In this document: positions 1 to 7,847 of the stretch, piece by piece
How the letters are laid out: each line of letters begins with the position of its first letter
Numbering within the stretch: the first letter of the stretch is position 1
NCBI RefSeq assembly: GCF_025643275.1
Contig: NZ_CP089977.1
Span: 1,200,001 to 1,232,000, forward strand
DNA length: 32,000 nucleotides
Direction: 5' to 3'
DNA from: Moraxella nasicaprae
GTDB taxonomy: Bacteria > Pseudomonadota > Gammaproteobacteria > Pseudomonadales > Moraxellaceae
Made by a program: the position numbers and the translations under genes
The notes under the pieces: model-generated
Seen by the model: the letters and a program-made list of their open reading frames with translations, nothing else
Told to the model about the DNA's origin: nothing
Database searches by the model: none

Positions 1-106
1 AGTCAAATTTATTGATAGATGTGGATAGTGAAATAAGCAAATCAGAATGATTTTCACCTGCCTGATATTGATATTGGTAATTGAAAGGTAGGTTAAGTTG
101 TGCCAT
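1..106 (-). CDS. Possible 5' end of an unidentified gene running off the left edge (MAQLNLPFNYQYQYQAGENHSDLL...)
   Basis: ATG at 106-104 with AAGG about 9 nt upstream. The frame stays open for 35 codons to position 1. No recognisable motif, so this could be chance. Confidence 0.25.
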   Translation of the reverse strand, partial: MAQLNLPFNYQYQYQAGENHSDLLISLSTSINKFD

Positions 107-267
107 TTTGTAGCCTTTGGTTGTGTTGTATGAATGAATAAGATATCACTAGGTTATTTTACTAAAGAAAGCAATGCTTTGGCAAGATTTTAGTCTATTA
201 ATCTGTATTCTGTATTGAGACTTTATTGAATTTAAGGTTTTATAGCATGATAGAATGCGGTTTAATT

Positions 268-275
268 TAATATTT
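268..275. repeat. Left copy of the 8-bp target-site duplication (TAATATTT)
   Basis: Identical octamer directly abutting both IS ends (268-275 and 988-995). It is a direct repeat, not an inverted one. Confidence 0.8.
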
Positions 276-289
276 GGGGCTGTACTAGA
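276..289. repeat. IS left terminal inverted repeat
   Basis: GGGGCTGTACTAGA is the exact reverse complement of 974-987. Similarity continues imperfectly for about 5 more nt. Confidence 0.85.
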
Positions 290-314
290 ATAACACCCAT
301 GTTATACTAGTTTT

Positions 315-968
315 ATGAAGATAACCCATTGTAAATTAAGTAAAAAAGTACAAAAAAGGTTGCTTGAATTTTTTGTACTTGAAGTTACTGCTCGTTCAGC
401 AGCTGATTTATTGCAAATACACCCAAATTCAGCAGCTTTATTCTATCACAAAATCAGACTTGTGATAGAATATCATTTAGCTCAAGAAACCAAAGAGCTT
501 TTTGATGGCGAGATTGAGTTAGATGAAAGTTATTTTGGTGGTATCCGTAAGGGCAAACGAGGTCGAGGGGCTGCTGGTAAAACAGCGGTATTTGGTCTTT
601 TAAAGCGTAATGGTAAAGTCTTTGTTGTTGTCGTTAAAGATACTAAGACAAATATACTAATGCCCATTATTACAAGTAAAATCAAACCTGACAGCATTGT
701 TTATACTGATAGCTACAAAAGTTGCAATGCTCTTGATGTGAGTGATTTTAAGCATTTTAGGATTAACCATTCCAAAGAATTTGCACAAGACCACAACCAC
801 ATCAACGGTATTGAAAACTTCTGGTCGCAAGCCAAACGAGTGCTTAGAAAGTACAACGGCATTGACAAGAAAAACTTTCACTTATTCATCAAAGAATGTG
901 AGTTTAGATTTAACTATGGCACACCATCTAATCAACTTAAAATATTGAGAAGGTGGTGTGGAGTTTAG
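315..968 (+). CDS. IS1595-family (IS1016-type) transposase
   Basis: 217 aa. The N-terminal MKITHCKLSKKVQKRLLEFF... and the central DESYFGG, VYTDSYKSC and HINGIENFWS blocks are typical of IS1016/ISXO2-like DDE transposases. The ORF sits between the IS inverted repeats. Confidence 0.9.
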   Translation: MKITHCKLSKKVQKRLLEFFVLEVTARSAADLLQIHPNSAALFYHKIRLVIEYHLAQETKELFDGEIELDESYFGGIRKGKRGRGAAGKTAVFGLLKRNGKVFVVVVKDTKTNILMPIITSKIKPDSIVYTDSYKSCNALDVSDFKHFRINHSKEFAQDHNHINGIENFWSQAKRVLRKYNGIDKKNFHLFIKECEFRFNYGTPSNQLKILRRWCGV

Positions 969-973
969 GCTAA

Positions 974-987
974 TCTAGTACAGCCCC
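974..987. repeat. IS right terminal inverted repeat
   Basis: TCTAGTACAGCCCC, the reverse complement of 276-289. Confidence 0.85.
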
Positions 988-995
988 TAATATTT
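988..995. repeat. Right copy of the 8-bp target-site duplication (TAATATTT)
   Basis: See 268-275. Confidence 0.8.
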
Positions 996-1510
996 TGCAA
1001 AAATACTTCTTGCAAAACTTATTTTGTGCTAAAATACTAAAATGAACAATGAGTTCTCCATATACTTATCTGATGGCAAGTTCAAATGCCTAATGGCATT
1101 CAACGAATTGTCTTTTAGTAGATGATTGGTTGGTGCAATTTTGTTTGCTCATCATTTTAAGGCGGATAAGGCTTTTGCTTATTCGCCAAAAATTCTGACC
1201 TTCTATCATTATCAAAACAAATACAGACAAGCTGTGAATACTTAAGCTAAAATTGTCCTAATGCAATCGCTGATCTGTTGTGATTCAGGGTTGTAGCCAA
1301 GGATTTGCATCAAAAACTGACATTTCTTTGGATGAGGATAATAAGATTGATATGAAGTATTTACAAATGTTGGATTTGGAATACTGCTCTGATATTTCGG
1401 TTAATTATCATTGTAGTGACAATCATAATGTTTTGCATTATGTGATAAGAATGTTGAATTTGAAAGATTGTATAATTTTGCTATTGATAGAATATAAAAG
1501 GTAAATTGAA

Positions 1511-2374
1511 GTGAAAATCACCCACGCCATCATTCCCACCGCAGGCTTTGGTACTCGTATGCTTCCTCTCTCAAAAGCTGTACCAAAAGAGCTGTTGCCC
1601 CTTGGTAATCGCCCCTCTATCCATTATGTGATTGAAGAGGCTATTAAGGCAGGCATCAAAAACATCGTTCTTGTCAATCACGCCCAAAAGTCAGCAATAG
1701 AGAACTATTTTGACATCAACAGTGAGCTGGACACTCAGCTTAGAAATAAGGGCAAAGACAGTCTGGCTGATAGCCTAAACTTTTTGCCTGATGATGTGGT
1801 GATTACCAGTGTGAGGCAAGGCAAACCTTTGGGCTTAGGACACGCTGTCTTACAGGGGCGTGCGGTGGTGGGTGATAATCCGTTTGCTGTCCTGCTTCCT
1901 GATGTGGTGCTAAATCCTTATGAGACCGATTATGCCAGTCAAAACTTGGCGTTTATGATGAATGAATTTGAGAGAACTGGGCGTAGTCAAATCCTTGTAG
2001 ACCCTGTGGCGGTATCAGACATTGACAAATATGGCATTGCCAAACTTGAAAATGCCCAAACCCTAGAAAAATCAAGTGATAATAGAAGTTTTGCCGTCAC
2101 AGGCTTTGTAGAAAAGCCAAAATCAGAGGTTGCTCCGTCAAACCTTGCGGTGGTGGGTCGCTATGTCTTTGACAATGCCATTTTTGATTACCTTGCCAAA
2201 ACCGCCCCCAGCGTGGGCGGTGAGATTCAGCTCACCGATGCCATTGATGCCTTGATTGGCAGTCAGGGCGTCGATGTGGTTACCATGACGGGCAATAGCT
2301 TTGATGCAGGCGATATGGCAAGCTATATGAGGGCGTTTATGTATTTTGCCCAAAGGCAACTGTCTGATAAATAA
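1511..2374 (+). CDS. galU: UTP--glucose-1-phosphate uridylyltransferase
   Basis: 287 aa with a GTG start. N-terminal IIPTAGFGTRMLPLSKAVPKELLPL nucleotidyltransferase signature, then VRQGKPLGLGHAV and the VEKP motif. Confidence 0.93.
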   Translation: MKITHAIIPTAGFGTRMLPLSKAVPKELLPLGNRPSIHYVIEEAIKAGIKNIVLVNHAQKSAIENYFDINSELDTQLRNKGKDSLADSLNFLPDDVVITSVRQGKPLGLGHAVLQGRAVVGDNPFAVLLPDVVLNPYETDYASQNLAFMMNEFERTGRSQILVDPVAVSDIDKYGIAKLENAQTLEKSSDNRSFAVTGFVEKPKSEVAPSNLAVVGRYVFDNAIFDYLAKTAPSVGGEIQLTDAIDALIGSQGVDVVTMTGNSFDAGDMASYMRAFMYFAQRQLSDK

Positions 2375-2383
2375 GGGTTTTTT

Positions 2384-4021
2384 ATGACAAATTCCACTTG
2401 GCAAACCCTGCAATCCTACGCCCAAACGCCCCCAGATTTAAACACTCTGTTTAAATCTGACCCCGCTCGTGGCGAGCGACTGACAGCAAGCGCTTGTGAT
2501 ATTTATATGGATTTTAGTAAGCAGGCGATTGATGATAAGGTTTTGGCAAAGCTATTACAGTTAGCCGATGACTTTGATTTATCTAATAAAATCAATGACT
2601 TGCTCACAGGTAAAAAAGTAAACGACACTGAAAACCGTCCAGCCCTGCACACCGCCTTACGCACCCCCAAAGGCGAAACGCTCATCGTGGACGGTGTTGA
2701 TGTCAATGCCCAAGTTCATGATAGTTTGGAGCGTGCCAAGCACATCGTCAATCGCATTCGAGAGAAAGTTTGGCGTGGCTATTCTGGCAAGGCAATCAGC
2801 GATGTCGTCAATATCGGTGTGGGTGGGTCTGACCTTGGGCCTTTGATGGCGACGACTGCATTGGCCGAATGGGCAGATACGGACATTCGTGTGCATTTTG
2901 TCTCCAATATGGACGGTACACAGCTTGATGGATTGCTAAAAAAACTTGACCCTCAGACGACTTTATTCATCATTTCATCAAAATCATTTGGCACGATTGA
3001 TACGCTTTCTAATGCCAAGACCGCCCTTGCTTGGCTGCTGGCAACAGGAGCGAATAAAGCCAGCGTGCTCAGACGACATTTTATCGGTATTTCTACTCGT
3101 GCTGATAAGATGAGCGAATGGGGCATTTATACCGATAATCAGCTTTTGCTGTGGGACTGGGTGGGCGGTCGATTTAGCTTATGGTCCACGATTGGTTTTG
3201 CGGTGGCGATTGCCATTGGTATGGCAGGCTTTAAAGAAATGTTGGCGGGTGCTTATGCGATGGATAGGCATTTTGCGACGGCTGATTTTGCTCATAATTT
3301 GCCTGTGTTGCTTGGACTGTTGGGTGTGTGGAACTCAACTTTTTTGGGCATTCATGCACACAGTATTTTACCTTATGATGGTCGATTGTTGCATTTCCCC
3401 AATTATCTAACCCAGCTTGAAATGGAATCCAACGGTAAATCGGTAGCCCGAGATGGGCGAGCGGTTGATTTTGATACTTGTCCGATTTTGTGGGGCGATA
3501 TTGGTTCAAACGCCCAGCACGCCTTTTATCAGCTACTGCATCAAGGCACACAACGGGTGTCGTGTGATTTTATCACGCCCATTCATCGCTATGATAATCG
3601 CCAATCGCATCATGATGCGTATTTGGAAGAACAGCATAAATTATCTTTGGCAAACTGCCTTGCTCAAAGTCAGGTGCTTGCCTTTGGCAACAATGCCTTG
3701 CCTGATGAATTAAGAAATGACAATGACAGTTTTGGTCATTTTAAACAATATCGTGGCAATCAGCCGTCCACGACACTGCTTTTGACCGCATTATCGCCAA
3801 AAACTTTGGGTTCGCTCATCGCTTTATATGAGCATAAAGTGTATGTGATGAGTGCCATTTGGGGCATCAACCCCTTTGACCAGTGGGGCGTGGAAGTGGG
3901 TAAAGTGATGGCAAATAGCGTCTATCAAGCGATTGACGCAAAGGCGATGGACGGTTTTGACAGCTCAACCAATCAACTACTGGCAAAAATCCATCAACGC
4001 CAAGACAAAGTACAGGAATGA
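2384..4021 (+). CDS. pgi: Glucose-6-phosphate isomerase
   Basis: 545 aa. Classic PGI blocks are present: NIGVGGSDLGP, FIISSKSFGT, LEMESNGK, GSNAQHAFYQLLHQG. AAGGG sits 9 nt upstream of the ATG. Confidence 0.96.
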   Translation: MTNSTWQTLQSYAQTPPDLNTLFKSDPARGERLTASACDIYMDFSKQAIDDKVLAKLLQLADDFDLSNKINDLLTGKKVNDTENRPALHTALRTPKGETLIVDGVDVNAQVHDSLERAKHIVNRIREKVWRGYSGKAISDVVNIGVGGSDLGPLMATTALAEWADTDIRVHFVSNMDGTQLDGLLKKLDPQTTLFIISSKSFGTIDTLSNAKTALAWLLATGANKASVLRRHFIGISTRADKMSEWGIYTDNQLLLWDWVGGRFSLWSTIGFAVAIAIGMAGFKEMLAGAYAMDRHFATADFAHNLPVLLGLLGVWNSTFLGIHAHSILPYDGRLLHFPNYLTQLEMESNGKSVARDGRAVDFDTCPILWGDIGSNAQHAFYQLLHQGTQRVSCDFITPIHRYDNRQSHHDAYLEEQHKLSLANCLAQSQVLAFGNNALPDELRNDNDSFGHFKQYRGNQPSTTLLLTALSPKTLGSLIALYEHKVYVMSAIWGINPFDQWGVEVGKVMANSVYQAIDAKAMDGFDSSTNQLLAKIHQRQDKVQE

Positions 4022-5259
4022 TGATGAAAGATGTGTTGATTATTGGGGTAAGTCACGAATCCATCAATGCGGCAATTTGGCTGGCAAGCATCAATAAGTC
4101 AGTGCGGGTGCTGGCAGAGGAAACGGCAATCGATGAGGTGTTGTCCAACTATAAGTTTGACCATCAGATGTCGGCATTGTGGCACATGTATCGCCAGTCT
4201 GGGCAGATTACTTTTGCCAAATCATTGGGTCAGGCTGATTGCATTTGGCTGTTTGTTGATGGTGTGACAGATGAGCTGATTTGGCAATTATTGCCCTTAC
4301 CAAGCCCCTTAATCATCAGTGGCTCAAAGCCCATCGGACAGATTACTCAGATTGCCAGCAAGTACACAGGCGATGTGTGCTATGTGCCGTTCATTTTTTT
4401 GCAGGATGGGCAGGGTTTTGCCTCAATTTCATCGCCAGATTTGGTCTTGATTGGCGAAAAAAGTGCAGGGTGCCACCAAAAAAATGCCATTTTGCTTGCC
4501 CTGCTTACCAAAGCCGAACGCTCCTATGTGGCGGATATTACCACCATTGAATTTGCCCGTTCTAGCATCATGGCGATGCTTGCCACTCGTCTAAGTTTTA
4601 TTAACGAAATGGCACGCCTTGCCGATGTGAGTGATGTGGATATTCTTAAAGTTCAGCAGATTTTGGGATTGGACAAACGCATTGGCAAAGATTATTTGTC
4701 GGCAGGTTGGGGTTTTGGTGGTTATACTTTGCCAACTGAGACGGCGATTTTGGGGCAATATTTTGCCAAAAATCAAGTGGCAAGCCCATTGCTTAATGCC
4801 GTCACCCAGATCAATGATGACCAAAAAGAGCTGCTTTTCCGCAAATTTTGGCAGTATTTTGATGGTTTTATCGACCAAAAAACCGTGATGATTTGGGGGG
4901 CGGGCTATCGTCGTAGTACAGGACGCACGATTGGTAGTGCCATTCACCCTTTGCTCAAACTGTTATGGTCGTATGGCATCAAAACGCATATTTACGCTCC
5001 CAATGCAGGATTTGAGCTGGGGCAGATGTATCGTGATGAGCCGTTGTTCACGCTGCACAACGATGCGTATGCGTTGGAGGGTGTGGACGCATTATTTGTG
5101 TTGAATTGGTCCGATGTATTGCCTGTCAATCTGGATAAAATTACCAATAAGCAGTTGCCAATTTTTGATGGTAAAAATCTGTTTGATGAACAAATGATTG
5201 CCCAACTACCCAATTATCAAGGGGTGGGCAGATGCACCAAAATACTCAACGAGGAATAG
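4018..5259 (+). CDS. UDP-glucose/GDP-mannose dehydrogenase-family protein with degenerate catalytic and NAD motifs (probable pseudoenzyme)
   Basis: 413 aa, collinear with Ugd (RLSFINEMARL, GFGGYTLPTE, LFVLNWSD, YQGVGR). The expected motifs are replaced: GxGxxG is GVSHES, and GGxCxPKD is GGYTLPTE. The start ATG overlaps the pgi stop (ATGA), and galE starts 3 nt after its stop. Confidence 0.85.
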   Translation: MMMKDVLIIGVSHESINAAIWLASINKSVRVLAEETAIDEVLSNYKFDHQMSALWHMYRQSGQITFAKSLGQADCIWLFVDGVTDELIWQLLPLPSPLIISGSKPIGQITQIASKYTGDVCYVPFIFLQDGQGFASISSPDLVLIGEKSAGCHQKNAILLALLTKAERSYVADITTIEFARSSIMAMLATRLSFINEMARLADVSDVDILKVQQILGLDKRIGKDYLSAGWGFGGYTLPTETAILGQYFAKNQVASPLLNAVTQINDDQKELLFRKFWQYFDGFIDQKTVMIWGAGYRRSTGRTIGSAIHPLLKLLWSYGIKTHIYAPNAGFELGQMYRDEPLFTLHNDAYALEGVDALFVLNWSDVLPVNLDKITNKQLPIFDGKNLFDEQMIAQLPNYQGVGRCTKILNEE

Positions 5260-5262
5260 ACG

Positions 5263-6288
5263 ATGAAAAAAATCCTAGTAACAGGCGGGGCTGGCTATAT
5301 TGGCTCGCATACATTGATTGAGCTGATTGATGCAGGGTTTTATCCTGTGGTGTATGACAATCTATCTAATTCTAGTACGGTTGCCCTAGACCGTGTGGCA
5401 CAGATTACAGGGCAGACGATTGAGTTTGTGCTGGGCGATGTGTTGGACAAGGCGTTACTTGATGAGACTTTTGCCAAGCATGATTTTTTTGCCGTGATTC
5501 ATTTTGCAGGCTTAAAGGCGGTGGGTGAAAGCGTTGCCAAGCCTGTCAAATATTACCAAAATAATGTGGCTGGTACACTCAATCTGCTGGAAGTGATGGC
5601 AAAATATGCCGTGAACAATTTTGTATTTTCATCATCAGCGACCGTCTATGGCAATCCTGAAATGTTGCCATTGGTTGAAAGTGCCAGCCGTTCTTGCACC
5701 AATCCGTATGGTCAAAGCAAGCTGACCGTTGAGTATATCCTAGAAGATTTGGCAAAAGCAGACACTTCGGCGAACATCGTCTCTTTGCGTTATTTTAATC
5801 CTATTGGAGCTCATCACAGCGGTCTGATTGGCGAAGACCCAAGCGATATTCCAAATAACCTAATGCCTTATATTTCACAAGTGGCGGTGGGCAAATTGGA
5901 AAAACTATCTGTCTTTGGCAATGATTATGACACCATTGACGGTACAGGGGTACGAGACTATATCCATGTGGTGGATTTGGCAAAAGGACATGTGGCAGCG
6001 TTGCAATACATCGCATCGGTAGAGAATGCCATTGGTTTTTGCCCTGTCAATCTAGGCACGGGTAATGGCACAAGCGTGCTGCAATTAGTCGATGCGTTCG
6101 AAAGAAATACAGGGCAAGCCGTGCCATATGTGATTGCTGATAGACGAGCTGGCGATGTAGCAAGTTGCTATGCCAGTGCCGATAAAGCCAAAGCATTGTT
6201 TGGCTGGGAGGCAGAATATGACATTCAAAGAATGTGCGTGGACGCTTGGCGTTGGCAAGCAGGCAATCCAAACGGCTATCGTGATTAA
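5263..6288 (+). CDS. galE: UDP-glucose 4-epimerase
   Basis: 341 aa. N-terminal ILVTGGAGYIGSH Rossmann motif, the SSSATVYG and PYGQSK (YxxxK) catalytic blocks, and RYFNPIGAH. GAGGA lies 6 nt upstream. Confidence 0.96.
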   Translation: MKKILVTGGAGYIGSHTLIELIDAGFYPVVYDNLSNSSTVALDRVAQITGQTIEFVLGDVLDKALLDETFAKHDFFAVIHFAGLKAVGESVAKPVKYYQNNVAGTLNLLEVMAKYAVNNFVFSSSATVYGNPEMLPLVESASRSCTNPYGQSKLTVEYILEDLAKADTSANIVSLRYFNPIGAHHSGLIGEDPSDIPNNLMPYISQVAVGKLEKLSVFGNDYDTIDGTGVRDYIHVVDLAKGHVAALQYIASVENAIGFCPVNLGTGNGTSVLQLVDAFERNTGQAVPYVIADRRAGDVASCYASADKAKALFGWEAEYDIQRMCVDAWRWQAGNPNGYRD

Positions 6289-6304
6289 GTCTTAGACTGC
6301 TACC

Positions 6305-6337
6305 AAAAACCATCTGATTTTAGGTCAGATGGTTTTT
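6305..6337 (+). terminator. Rho-independent terminator of the galU-galE operon
   Basis: Perfect 13-bp stem AAAAACCATCTGA / TCAGATGGTTTTT with a 7-nt loop and a T-run, 17 nt after the galE stop. Confidence 0.8.
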
Positions 6338-6841
6338 CTATGTTGATAATTTTACTGATGGATAAATATATTAAGCACATCGATTGTTGTTTGGGAGGCT
6401 GATTTTTTTGAAATGATTAACAAAACATACTGCATTCACATCAAAAAATCAGGCAAAAACTGTTTGTCCTAGTCATTGGCTTGCGTGGTATCGAAGGGTG
6501 AGGTGGTTTTTTGCTGGATTTGATAAGCCTGTTCGACCAAAAAACCTTTGTTGGTTTTCAATCAAATTGACCAGATTTGGCGGTGGTGTGATGATTTGTC
6601 AATAAAGATGATGCAGGATGAACATCATCAAAAGATTTGATGGGCAATTATTTAGTTGGCAGATGAATATCGATTGAACGACACTATTTTATTCCCTGTC
6701 CTAAAACTTGTTGAGTGCAGCGGTCAGCCTGTCGCCAAGCTCTCTTAGCTCCGGTAAAACGATGATTGATGATGATACTTATTTGGCGTATTTAAAGCAA
6801 GTGTTTGGAGTGCAGGGCTAGTATTGTTTATGTTTGATGAT

Positions 6842-6875
6842 AAAAAAATAAGCACCGAGTTGGTGCTTATTTTTT
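6842..6875. terminator. Bidirectional hairpin terminator
   Basis: ATAAGCACC-GAGTT-GGTGCTTAT flanked by an A7 run on the left and a T6 run on the right. It lies just downstream of the minus-strand autotransporter remnant. Confidence 0.7.
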
Positions 6876-6879
6876 AGGC

Positions 6880-7592
6880 TTAGAACTTTTTCTCAAAGGT
6901 TAAAGAAACCCCTTGATTGTCATAGTGTTTACGCCATTGCCCTTCATAAGCAAGCGATAATGTGGTGGTGTCAGTTGGGGTATAGACCACACCAAGACCT
7001 GCTTGACCAAAGCCTTTACTAACTTCATGACCCAATACGCCAAATTGGGTGTTGGCAGTATCAGCAAAACGACCACTAATGTCGCTACGTCTGCTACCTG
7101 CATCAGCCCCCACAGATAGCAACCCTGTCAAGGCAAGCGTGGGCGAGCCAATACGACCTTTAACGCCGATGCTATTTTGTAGGTTGGTATGGGTGTCGGT
7201 GTTGATGGCAAGGTTGTAGTCGGTACCGCCTGTTTCGGTGTATGCGTCTGATTTGACTTGGGTTAAATCAATCTTGGCAAAAGGTGACAGATGTCTGTCG
7301 GCTGTACCAATGCGATAATGGGCGGACACGCCAGCGTTGATGAGTTTAGCATCGTAATCAGATTTGGCAGTGCCACGGCATTATCAAGGGTCAAAGTGCC
7401 AACGCTTGTGGCGGTATCGCCTAACGCAACTTGATTGGCGGTAATGCTTGCTTGATTTTTAGCAATCAAACTGCCCGTGCCATTTTCGCCCACCCGAATG
7501 ATACTAATGCTGTCGGTATTTGGTGTTACAGCAAGTTTGGTGTTTGCACCGTCAAGCTCTACTTGTCCTGTCGCCCCTGCGGCATTGCCACC
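6880..7592 (-). pseudogene. Autotransporter-type outer-membrane protein remnant (C-terminal part only, frameshifted)
   Basis: Two overlapping minus-strand ORFs (6880-7329 and 7263-7685). One has a beta-barrel-like C-terminus ending ...GVSLTFEKKF with alternating hydrophobic strands. The other is passenger-like (QVELDGANTKLAVTPNTD...TLTLDNAVA). Joining them needs a 1-nt frame change near 7335-7380. There is no N-terminus or signal peptide. The upstream boundary (about 7590) is approximate. Confidence 0.7.
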
Positions 7593-7737
7593 AAGACAGC
7601 CTTGGCAAAGAGGAAGCAATGAAAACACCCATGGGTTATTAAGAGAATATTTCCCCAAAGGGTCTGATATTAACCAGTGGGACAATCAATACAAACAAAG
7701 GTCGCCAAACTCAATCTGCGACCTAGAAAATGTTTAA
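7593..7737 (+). mobile_element. IS30-family transposase C-terminal fragment (remnant)
   Basis: The translation ...PWQRGSNENTHGLLREYFPKGSDI... matches the highly conserved IS30-family W-x-RG-x-NEN-x-NGL-x-R-x-YFPK block. Only about 45 codons remain and the rest of the transposase is absent. The left boundary is approximate. Confidence 0.65.
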
Positions 7738-7802
7738 ATTGGCGAACACCTTAGGAGGTCTATTATCAAAAGGTGTTGCAGTTAGTTTGATGATTCAAGC
7801 CA

Positions 7803-7835
7803 TAAAAAAAACAGCCCCAAATGGAGCTGTTTTTG
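7803..7835 (-). terminator. Rho-independent terminator downstream of the 7848-9305 gene
   Basis: 8-bp stem ACAGCCCC / GGAGCTGT (one G-U pair on the minus strand), 4-nt loop, and a run of 8 T on the minus strand. Confidence 0.65.
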
Positions 7836-7847
7836 TTAGAAAGCCGA

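Larger units (their letters stand above)
276..987 (+). mobile_element. Intact IS1595-family insertion sequence (IS1016-like), about 712 bp
   Basis: A single 217-aa transposase ORF bounded by perfect 14-bp terminal inverted repeats (GGGGCTGTACTAGA / TCTAGTACAGCCCC) and flanked by an 8-bp direct repeat, TAATATTT. Confidence 0.9.

Noticed and set aside
1280-1504. 74-aa GTG-initiated ORF just upstream of galU
   Set aside because: No ribosome-binding site, Cys/Asp/Leu/Ile-skewed composition, very AT-rich, and no recognisable motif. It is more likely promoter/leader DNA.
2138-5213. Numerous 60-118-aa antisense or off-frame ORFs inside galU, pgi and the ugd-like gene (for example 2138-2425, 3231-3551, 4591-4947), and similar ones throughout the window
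   Set aside because: All are nested within long ORFs that have clear family signatures. Their translations have no motifs and are enriched in residues typical of antisense reading.
7810-7824. 12-nt match (ATTTGGGGCTGT on the minus strand) to the left end of the IS1016-like element plus its flank; a possible solo inverted repeat
   Set aside because: Only 8 nt of the repeat itself match. The sequence forms the stem of a good terminator hairpin for the 7848-9305 gene. Similarity stops where the IS repeat continues (ACTAGA).
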